DNA from: Mobula hypostoma
Lineage: Eukaryota
Assembly (NCBI RefSeq): GCF_963921235.1
Contig: NC_086108.1
Location: 16,492,001 to 16,556,000, forward strand
DNA: 64,000 nucleotides
Direction of reading: 5' to 3'
Each line of letters opens with the position of its first letter. The stretch's first letter is position 1. Below the pieces are notes generated by a model. That model had not been told where the DNA came from and made no database searches. It saw only the letters and a list, made by a program, of their open reading frames with translations. A program made the translations under genes and the position numbers. Positions 1-10,113 of the stretch are shown one piece after another.

Positions 1-506
1 GGGGTGGAAGGTGTCGGTAGGCCTGGTGCTACATGCTTTCAGATTTTTGTGTCCTCTGCTGTCCAATGGGAGGGGGGAGAGTTCTAATTTATTCTCCCTC
101 CCCCCCTACCGTTCTTGTCAGTTTTCCCCCGAGTCTACTGTTCACTACACATGAGGCAATTTACAGTGACCTGCCAACCTACTAATAATTGTAGCAAGAC
201 TCTTGTATTTCATGCCCCTTGTAATAAAAGCTAATGGTTCACTTATATATAATGTGAACATTGAAGGTTGTAGAACTGATCTCTGTTGCAGCTACATGAA
301 AATGATCTGTATATTCTGGTTTTCTTTCCATACGCCACCTTCCATGTTAGTACATTGCTGCCAAGCTTTTGAGTTCTTATTTTATGTAATTATTTTTGCT
401 CTTCTTTTAAAAAGGAATTGGAAGGCTATGGGGGAGATGGTAGAGAAATATGCTTTCCAGAGAACCAGTGTTACTTTGAGGCTTTACTCAGATCTCATAA
501 GACAAT

Positions 507-727
507 CACAGACAAGAGAAAATCTGCGGATCGTGGAAATCTGAGCAATATACACAAAATGCTGGAGGAGCTCAGCAGGCTGGCAGCATCTATGGAGAAA
601 AGTACAGTCAATGTTTCAGGCTGAAATCCAGTCCTACCGAAGGGTTTTGGGTCGAAACATCGGCTGTACCTTTTTCCATAGATGCTGCCTGGCCTGCTGA
701 TTTCCTCCAGCATTTTGTGTGTGTTGC
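507..727. mobile_element. Penelope-derived foldback mini-element
   Basis: Two pseudo-LTR 3' ends in inverted, tail-out orientation with a degenerate hammerhead in the centre. 14-bp TSD TCTCATAAGACAAT at 493-506 and 728-741. Confidence 0.75.
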
Positions 728-1136
728 TCTCATAAGACAATGCTTTGTAATACAAGTCTTCTATGTGGAAGAGAATTTAAAACTTTGTTGGAATTGCTGT
801 GTTTGTGACCCAGCCTATTGGCACTGATACAAACTTATGAAGCAGTGCACTATAATATAGAATGGATGGTGTAAGAATTTGTACTGCTTAACTGATCTGT
901 CATTTAGTAATAACCAGAGAGCTGTAGTGATATATTTATAGGAAGCTATTCACCATGGAAAATGTTAACTGGTTTATTTATTGAGTTATACATATGTATT
1001 TACAAAGGTAAAAGTAGAAATGCTGGAAATGATTTACAAAAATGAGGCATTTGAAATAGTTTACTGCTTTTCATCCATATTGAGTGATTTGTGGCTGTGC
1101 TTAAAATGATTTGCTATTGATATGGGCCACCAGCCA

Positions 1137-1258
1137 TAGATACAAGAGATACTGCAGATGCTGGAAGTCTTGAAGAACACACAGTCTGAAACGTCGATTG
1201 TTTATTTCCCTCATAGATGTTGCCTGACCTGTTGAATTTCCCCAGAATTTTGTATGTG
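1137..1258. mobile_element. Penelope-derived foldback mini-element
   Basis: Inverted tail segment (ctgcagatgctgg) joined to GAAACGTCGA...tagatgttgcctgacctg. TSD CACCAGCCA / CACCAACCA. Confidence 0.6.
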
Positions 1259-1529
1259 CACCAACCAGTGCTCATTCTATCTCCGTCTGGTGTTGAGAAT
1301 GAGAACTACAGCAGCATTGTAATCAGGATTTCTTTTCAATACAGTGGATTCTGGTATTTAGGACAACTCTTAAAAAAACAAAATCTAATTGAGCAAATAG
1401 CTGAGATTTTCTTCATTTATTTGGGACACTATATTGCTTAATTGAGACAGGGGACTGTTGCTGAACAGTTTCAAAGGTTCAAAGTAAGTCTTATTAACTA
1501 AGTATATACCTATATATGTCACCATATAC

Positions 1530-2286
1530 CAGTGGTCCCTAATCACCGAGCTGCAAAACATGTGCTACATGTGCGAGGAAACGATATGATTTGGCGATAT
1601 GAAATGATATGAGTCAGCTGCATCTTTCCTCATTCCCTGTCACGCACTGTTGAACTTGAACATAGGGTTGCCAACTGTCCCGTAGTAGCCGGGACATCCT
1701 GTATATTGGGCTAACCGCCCTTGTCCCGTATTTCCCCTGCTAAGGTAGAGCTTTCCTATAAAACCGTTGGTAAGCCGAAATGGCGTAAAACGAAAAAGCA
1801 ATTACCATTAATTTATATGGGAAAAATTTCTGAGCATTTCCAGACCCAAAAAATAACCTACCAAATCATACCAAATAACACATAAAACTTAAAATAACAC
1901 TAACATATGGTGGAAGCAGGAATGATATGATAAATACACAGCCTATATAAAGTAGAAATAATGTATGTACAGTGTAGTTTCACTTAACAGAATCGGGAAG
2001 ATTAAGCCAAAACCAATTTGTAGAAAAAAAATCGGCACGTACACACATGCGCACGTCATGCATGCGCACACAAGTGCCCGCGCAAGGCTTCATGGTCATG
2101 GTAGTCTTTCTCGGGGTAAACACAAGTGTCCCGTATTTGACTGCTACTTTTGTCCCTTATTTAGGAGTGAGGAAGTTGGCAACCCTACTTGAACATCCGC
2201 CCCCCCCCCGCCCCCCGTCGGGCGGTCCGCAAGAATATTGTCAATGCTAAATCAGTCTGCGGTGCAAAAAAGGTTGGGGACCCCTG
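1530..2286. mobile_element. Non-autonomous hAT (Charlie-like TIR) element
   Basis: TIRs CAGTGGTCCC / GGGACCCCTG; perfect 8-bp TSD CCATATAC. Confidence 0.85.
1663..2187. mobile_element. Nested non-autonomous hAT (Blackjack/Tip100-like TIR) element
   Basis: TIRs TAGGGTTGCCAACT / AGTTGGCAACCCTA; perfect 8-bp TSD CTTGAACA. Confidence 0.85.
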
Positions 2287-2303
2287 CCATATACAACTCT
2301 GAG

Positions 2304-2623
2304 TGTTGGCGTGTGACCAAGTGGTTAAGGCGTTCGTCTAGTGATCTGAAGGTCACTAGTTTGAACATTGGCTGAGGCAGCGTGTTGTGTCCTTGAGCAA
2401 GGCACTTAACCACGCATTGCTCTATGACGACACCGGTGCCAAGCTGTATGGGTCCTAATGTCCTTCCCTTGGACAACATTGGTGGCGTGGAGCGGGGAGA
2501 CTTGTAGCGTGGGCAACTGCTGGTCTTCCATACAACCTTGCCCAGGCCTGCGCCCTGGAAACTTCCAAGGCGCAAATCCATGGTCTCACGAGACTAATGG
2601 ATGCCTATAAACATATGTAAAAA
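2304..2623 (+). mobile_element. tRNA-derived SINE
   Basis: A-box TGACCAAGTGG, B-box-like GTTTGAAC, core CCTTGAGCAAGGCACTTAACC, 13-bp TSD ATACAACTCTGAG. Confidence 0.82.
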
Positions 2624-2894
2624 ATACAACTCTGAGATTCATTTTCCTGCAGGCGTACTCAGCAAATCTATAGAATAGTAATGACAGCAGGGACAATGAA
2701 AGATCAATTAAAGTGCAGAAGACAACAAGCTGTGCAAATGCAAATATAAATAAATAGTAATAAATAATGAGAACTTGAGATAAAGAGTTCTTCAAGTGAG
2801 ATCGTTTGTTGTGGGAACATCTTAATGGATGGACAAATGAGTGGAGTTAACCCATTTGTTCAAGAGCCTGATGTTTGTGGGCTAGTAACTTCTT

Positions 2895-3100
2895 GGGCCA
2901 GCTACTGGTGTAATGCAATCAGTACTGGTCTTCAAGGCAAATGGTCCTAAGTTCAAACCCAGCCGGGTCCCAACCTGGGCAGCAGCTGTATCTGCACAGA
3001 AGAAGGGTCTGGCAATCTACGTCTGTATCTTGCCATGAAAACCCTATGGTCTATTAGGTTATGAAGAGTTGGACTCAACTTAATGACTGAACAACAACAA
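2895..3100 (+). mobile_element. tRNA-headed SINE with RTE/Bov-A-like 3' module and (CAA)n tail
   Basis: GTTCAAACC B-box, followed by gaagaagggtctggcaatctac...aagagttggactcaacttaatgactgaacaacaacaa. Confidence 0.65.
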
Positions 3101-4370
3101 ATATGGTGCAAGTCCTGAGGCTCTTGTACCTTCTACCTAATGGCAGCTGTGAGAAAAGAGCATGGCCTGGGTGGAGAGGATGTCTGATGATGCTGCTTTC
3201 CTATGACAGTATTTTATGTACTGGACCGAATCTGGACCAGGACTGAATCTCTGAAATAGAAACTCCCAGGAATTTAAAGTTTCTAACCCTCTGCACCTCT
3301 GATCCTCCTATGAGAATTGGCTCATAAAGAGTGGAGTGACATTTGCAATTTTCCAGTCATCTGGTTCCATGCTAGAGTCCAATGATATTTGTAAGATCAT
3401 TGCTATTGCCGCCACAATCTCTAACGCTACCTCTTTCAGAACCCTAGGGTGCAGTTCATCTGGTCTGGGTGACTTATGTACTTTTATGTCTTTCAGATTT
3501 TGAGCACTTTCTCCTTTATAATAGTAACTGCATCCACTTTTCTTCCTTCACACACTACAACACTGGCACACTGCTAGTATCTTCCACAGTGTAAACTGAT
3601 GCAAAATACTCATTTAGTTCATCTGCCTTCTCCTTGTCCCCCACTATTATTTCTCTTGCTTCATTTTCCGGCGGTCCTATATTTCATCTCTCTTTTATTT
3701 TTTACATACTTGAAAAAACTTTTACTATCCACTTTGATATTATTTGCTAACTTGCTTTCATATTTCATCTTTTCCCTTCTAATGATTCTTCCAGGTGCTC
3801 TGTGTAATTTTTCAAAAAATCCTCTTATCTTCCCACTAATTTTTGCTTTGTTGTATGCCTTCTCTTTTGTTTTTATATTAACTTTGACTTCCCTTGTTAG
3901 CCATGGATTTACTATTTTGCCATTTGAGTATTTCTTCATTTTTGGAATACGCACACATGTCCTGCACCTTCCTCATTTTTCCCAAAAACGCACGCCATTG
4001 CTGCTCTGCTGACATCCCTGACAGCAGCTCCTTTCAATGTACTGTACTTTGGCCAACTCCGCACTCATACCCTTACTACACTGAAATACTGCTGTGTCAG
4101 ACTTTACTTTCTCCCTATCGAATTGCAAGTTGAACTCAATCATATTGTGAATACTGGTTCCTAAGGGTTCTTTTACCTTAAGCTTCCTAATCATCTGGTT
4201 CATTACGTAACACCCAATCCAGTATAGCTGATCCCCTAGTAGGCTCATAGAAACATAGAAAATCAACAGCACAATACAGGCCCTTTGGCCCACAATGCTG
4301 TGCCGAACATGTACTTTAGAAATTACTTTGGGTTACCCATAGCCCTCTATTTTTCAAAGCTCCATGTACT

Positions 4371-5750
4371 GGTGGTGGGGAAACTGCTGGAGTCAGTTAT
4401 CAAGGATGTGATAACAGCACATTTGGAAAGCGGTGAAATGATCGGACAAAGTCAGCATGGATTTGTGAAAGGAAAATCATGTCTGACGAATCTCATAGAA
4501 TTTTTTGAGGATGTAACTAGTAGAGTGGATAGGGGAGAACCAGTGGATGTGGTATATTTGGATTTTCAAAAGGCTTTTGACAAGGTCCCACACAGGAGAT
4601 TAGTGTGCAAACTTAAAGCACATGGTATTGGGGGTAAGGTATTGGTGTGGGTGGAGAATTGGTTAGCAGACAGGAAGCAAAGAGTGGGAATAAACGGGAC
4701 CTTTTCAGAATGGCAGGCGGTGACTAGTGGGGTACCGCAAGGCTCAGTGCTGGGACCCCAGTTGTTTACAATATATATTAATGACTTGGATGAGGGAATT
4801 AAATGCAGCATCTCCAAGTTTGCGGATGACACGAAGCTGGGTGGCAGTGTTAGCAGTGAGGAGGATGCTAAGAGGATGCAGGGTGACTTGGATAGGTTGG
4901 GTGAGTGGGCAAACTCATGGCAGATGCAATTTAATGTGGATAAATGTGAAGTTATCCACTTTGGTGGCAAAAATAGGAAAACAGATTATTATCTGAATGG
5001 TGGCCGATTAGGAAAAGGGGAGGTGCAACGAGACCTGGGTGTCATTATACACCAGTCATTGAAAGTGGGCATGCAGGTACAGCAGGCGGTGAAAAAGGCG
5101 AACGGTATGCTGGCATTTATAGCGAGAGGATTCGAGTACAGGAGCAGGGAGGTACTACTGCAGTTGTACAAGGCCTTGGTGAGACCACACCTGGAGTATT
5201 GTGTGCAGTTTTGGTCCCCTAATCTGAGGAAAGACATCCTTGCCATAGAGGGAGTACAAAGAAGGTTCACCAGATTGATTCCTGGGATGGCAGGTCTTTC
5301 ATATGAAGAAAGACTGGATGAACTGGGCTTGTACTCGTTGGAATTTAGAAGATTGAGGGGGGATCTGATTGAAACGTATAAGATCCTAAAGGGATTGGAC
5401 AGGCTAGATGCGGGAAGATTGTTCCCGATGTTGGGGAGGTCTAGAACGAGGGGTCACAGTTTGAGGATAGAGGGGAAGCCTTTTAGGACCGAGGTTAGGA
5501 AAAACTTCTTCACACAGAGAGTGGTGAATCTGTGGAATTCTCTGCCACAGCAAACTGTTGAGGCCAGTTCATTAGCTATGTTTAAAAGGAAGTTAGATAT
5601 GGCCCTTGTGGCTACAGGGGTCACGGGGTATGGAGGGAAAGCTGGGTTCTGAGTTGGATGATCAGCCATGATCATAATAAATGGCGGTGCAGGCTCGAAG
5701 GGCCGAATGGCCTACTCCTGCACCTATTTTCTATGTTTCTATGTTTCTAT
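4371..5750 (+). mobile_element. Young 5'-truncated CR1 LINE with open RT frame
   Basis: ORF has [36 protein letters not shown] and RPHLEYC. Tail (TTTCTATG)n. Inserted at ATGTACT into an antisense CR1 (4246-6325). Confidence 0.92.
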
Positions 5751-6325
5751 GTACTTATCCAGGAGTCTCTTAAAAGACCCTAACGTATCTGCCTCCACCA
5801 CCGTTGCCGGCAGCCCATTCCATGCACTCACCACTCTCTGCATAAAAAACTTCCCCCTGACACCTTCTCTGTACCTGCTTCCAAGCGCCTTGCCCTCTCA
5901 TGTTAGCCATTTCAGTCCTGGGGAAAAAGCCTCTGACTATCCACATGGTCAATGCATCTCATTATCTTACACACCTCTATCAGGTCACCTCTCATCTTCC
6001 ACCGCTCCAAGGAGAAACGGTCGAGTTCACTCAACCTATTCTCATAAGGCATGCTCCCCAATCCAGGCATCCTTGTAAATCTCCTCTGCACCCTTTCTGT
6101 GATTTCCACATCCTTCCTGTAGTGAGCTGACCAGAACTGAGAGCAGTACTCCGAGTGGAGCATGACCAGGGTCCTATATAGCTGTAACGTTACCTCTCGG
6201 CTCCTAAACTCGATCCCACGGTTGATGAAGGCCAATGCACTGTATGCCTTCCTAACCACAGAGTCAACCTGCGCAGCAGCTTTGGGTGCCCTATGGACTC
6301 AGACCCCAAGATCCCTCTGAGAAGC

Positions 6326-8190
6326 TGACTTGAAATGTCTGATGCCATTTTTCTTCATGAACAGTTGGAATTTTCTGAGGTGTGTTGTGGTCCGTTGTCA
6401 TTTCTGGTAAGCCATTTTCAGCGAAGATAGTCCTCAGAGCAGATACGATATTTGTTGAGGTGGTTGACTTCATTCTTATAACCTCTGGCTACTTTGAATG
6501 AGCATCCACAGCAATCAAGAACATGGAGTCCATGAATGGCCCAGCAAAATCAATATGTACTCTTTGGTGAAGACGGCCACTCCCAAAGATATCGGAGCAG
6601 AATTAGGCCATTTTGGCCCATCGAGTCTGCTCTGCCATTCAATCATGCCTAATCCTTTTTTCCCTCCTTCTTAACACCATTTCCCAGCCTTCTCCCCGTA
6701 ACCTTTGATGCCATGTCCAAAGAAGAACCTACAAACTCTGCCGTAAATACACCCAACAACCTGGCCTCCAGAGCTGCACGTAGCAACAAATTTCACAAAT
6801 TTACCACCCTCTGGCTCAAGAAATTTCTCTGCATCTCTGTTTTGAATGGATTCTCCTCTATCCTGAGGCTGTGCCCTTTTGTCCACCATGGGAAACATCC
6901 TTTCCGCATCTACTCTGCCTAGTTCTTTCCACATTTGAAAAATTTCAATGAGATTCCCCCCCCCATCCTTCTGAATTCCAGTGAGTGCAGATCCAGAGCC
7001 ATCAAACATTCCTCATATGATGACCCTTTCATTTCTGGAATCATTTGTAACAGTGCCTGTGGGGGTACATTTTGAACTTTTTGGCGTACCGAACAATCTT
7101 TGGCCAAGTCCTCGATCTGTTTATCTATTCCCTTCACAAACATCTCATTAGCATTTAGCATTCTGAGACAGCTTCTGATTAATGCTACCATTTAGGTTAC
7201 AGTTGCCTGTTGATGTCACACTGAGTGCTTTGATTGTATGCCATTCTGGTTGGATTTTTCTCCACCATTCACATCCGAAAACTGTTGGCCCTCCACTTTT
7301 CAATACATAAAGCTCCAACTGCTGTGTTTGGCCTCCATTCATCACTTTTATCTTCCGTTCACCTTTGGGAGATACTTATTCGCCTGTATAGGTGTTAGCA
7401 AAACTGAGGTCTTCTCTAATGGTATCTTAGAAAGCAGGCTGTTGTGGTCAACCTCTGAAATTATAGACAAAGCTGACCCTGTATCCAGCTCCATTTACAG
7501 TTTTACACCAGACACATCTATTGTGATCCAGATGATTTTGTGATCTGCTTCAATTATACTCTGCAGTTCTAGGCATGACAATTCACCTTTGTCAGATTCT
7601 ATGTTGTCTGATTCTGTTCTACGTTCACTAACTTTATGCATTTGCTTGGTTTTGTGTTTGGGACTTATCACTTGGTTGTCTGCCTTGCACATTCTCTCTA
7701 TATGACCTTGTCTGTGACATTTTCTGCAAACTTTTTCTTTGTACCAACAGTCATTTGCATCATGGGAGGATTTCCCACATCAGTACTTTGCTTTTTGCAC
7801 CATTCAGGGACATTTTGTGCATTTCACATTCTAACCTCCTTTCCTGTAGTGCTGCATACCTTGCTGCCGTCTCTAACGATATTGCAATGGTCAATGACCA
7901 TTCTAAGGTTAGGTTTCTTATGTTCAGTAGCCTCTTTGGAGTGCTTTGACTAGGCGTGCCACAGACAAGCCAGTTCCTTAACGCATCAGAAAGCCAATCT
8001 CTAAAGTCACAGTACTGGGAAAGTTTGCGCAGTTCTGCAATGTATTCGGAAATGCTTTCATCTTTTGATTGGTTCCTTTTGTAAAAGCTAACTCTCTCAG
8101 CTATTACCAGTGGTTTAGGGCTCACGTGATTTTTGTAAAATTGTAACAATTTCATCGAACGGCTTGCTTGCTGGTTATTCCATCAACTCC
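6326..8190 (-). mobile_element. Decayed Gypsy LTR retrotransposon internal region (gag, protease, integrase remnants)
   Basis: gag-like PKPLVIAERVSFYKRNQ..SISEYIAELRKL; protease MELDTGSALSII; integrase RVHIDFAGPF...VDAHSK. RT/RNase H missing. A CR1 3' end is inserted at about 6590-7045. Confidence 0.82.
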
Positions 8191-8719
8191 TGGGAACTTA
8201 TTTCTCTTAATGTTCTCTAAGTGACCTAATATTACCTCCTTTATCTCAAAATACCCATCGAATTCTCCTTGGTAAATACTGATGCAAAATACTAATTGAA
8301 GACCTCACAATCCATCCTTTGCCTCCAAGCGCATGCTCCCTCTTTGCTCTTGACATATATATATAATGTCTTTGGATTCCTTTTAATCCCACTTGCCAAG
8401 GATTTTTCATGGCCCCTCCTGGATCTTCTAGTTCCCTTCTTGAGTTCTTTCCTTGCTTCATGGGGTCTGTTTGAATTTAGCTTCCTAAACTGTACATACA
8501 CTTCCTTTTTCTTCTCGACTAAATTCACTACATCTCTTGACATCCGATATTCCTTTTCTCTGCCGTCCTTGTCCTTCCTCCTTTCTGGAACATACCTGTC
8601 TTATACTCTGTGCAGTTTTAAAGTATACACCTGAAACCCCTTTTTACCAGGCATCCGTAGAGTTGCACTCACAACATGCTGGAGGAACTCAGCAGGGCGG
8701 GCAGCATCCGTGGAAACGA

Positions 8720-8759
8720 TCAGTCAACGTTTCGGGCCGGAACCCTTCATCAGGACTGA
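8720..8759 (-). ncRNA. Minimal type I hammerhead ribozyme motif (Penelope pseudo-LTR)
   Basis: The - strand reads TCAGTC-CTGATGA-A-GGGTTCCGGCCC-GAAAC-GTT-GACTGA: perfect 6-bp stem I, CUGANGA and GAAA core, stem II, and palindromic AACGTT stem III. Confidence 0.8.
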
Positions 8760-10073
8760 AGAGGGAAGGGGCAGAGGCCCTATAAAGAAGGTGGGGGGAG
8801 GGTGGGAAGGAGAAGGCTGGTAGGTTCCAGGTGAAAATCCAGTAAAGGGAAAGATACAGGGGTGCGGGAGGGGAAGCAGGGAGGTGATGGGCAGGAAAGG
8901 TGAAGAAGGAATAGGGGAAAGCACAATGGGTAGTAGAAGGAGGCGGAACCATAGGGGAGGTGATAGGCAGCCAGGGGAGGGGGCCGAGTGAAATAGGGAT
9001 AGGGGAAGTGGGGGGAGGGAATTACCAGAAGTTGGAGAATTCTATGTTCATACCAAAGGGCTGGAGACGACCGAGACAGTATATGAGGTGTTGCTCCTCC
9101 AACCTGAGTTTAGCCTTATCATGGCAGTAGAGGAGGCCATGTATGGACATGTCCGAATGGGATTGCGGAGGTGCTCGACGAAGCGGTCCCCCAATCTGCG
9201 TCGGGTTTCACTGAAGTAGAGGAGGCCGCACCAGGAGCACCGGATGCAATAGATGACGCCAACTTCTCTGCAACTTCCGCCACCTTCAACAGGACCCCAC
9301 ACAAAGCACATCTTTCCTTCTCCACCCCTCTCCGCTTTCCGCAGGGATTGGTCCCTCCGTGACTCCCTGATCCACACATCTCTCCCCATGGATCTCCCAC
9401 CTGGCACTTATCCCTGTAAGTGTAAGTGCTACACCTGTCCCTACACCTCCTCTCTTGCCACCATTCAGGGCCCCAAACAGTCCTTCCAGGTGAGGCAACA
9501 CTTCACTTGCGAGTCTGTTGGGGTCATCTATTGCATCCGGCGCTCCCGGTGCGGCCTCCTCTACATCAGTGAAACCCGACGCAGATTGGAGGACCACTTC
9601 GTTGAGCACCTCCGCTCCGTCTGCCACAACAGACAGGATTTCCCGGTAGCCACCCACTTCAACTCTGCTTCACATTCCCATTTGGATATGTCCATACATG
9701 GCCTCCTCTACTGCCATGATGAGGCTAAACTCAGGTTGGAGGAGCAACACCTCATATACCGTTTAGGTAGTCTCCAGCCCCTTGGTATGAACATAGAATT
9801 CTCCAACTTCCGGTAATTCCCTCCTCCCACTTCCCCATCCCTATTTCACTCTGGCCCCTCCCCCAGCTGCCTATCACCTCCCCTATGGTTCCACCTCCTA
9901 CTACCCATTGTGTTTTCCCCTATTCCTTCTTCATCTTACCTGCCTATCACCTCCCTGCTTCCCCTCCCCCACCCCTGTAACTTTCCCATTACTGGTTTTC
10001 ACCTGGAACCTACCAGCCTTCTCCTTCCCACCCTCCCTCCACCTTCTTTATAGGGCTTCTGCCCCTTCCCTCT

Positions 10074-10113
10074 TCAGTCCTGACGAAGGGTTCTGGCCCG
10101 AAACATTGACCGA
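10074..10113 (+). ncRNA. Minimal hammerhead ribozyme motif, slightly mutated
   Basis: TCAGTC-CTGACGA-AGGGTTCTGGCCC-GAAAC-ATT-GACCGA. Core intact; one stem I mismatch and a stem III change. Confidence 0.68.

Noticed and set aside
1..140. Promoter or first exon of the NACC gene
   Set aside because: G/C-rich but too few CpGs and no clear exon. The non-coding first exon could not be located and may lie outside the window.
2304..2380. tRNA gene
   Set aside because: A tRNA-like head with a degenerate B-box continues into a SINE body flanked by a TSD.
4285..5652. RT ORFs (also 62165-63715) as domesticated genes or a novel RT system
   Set aside because: They are standard 5'-truncated CR1 copies with family tails, and their N-termini come from flanking sequence.
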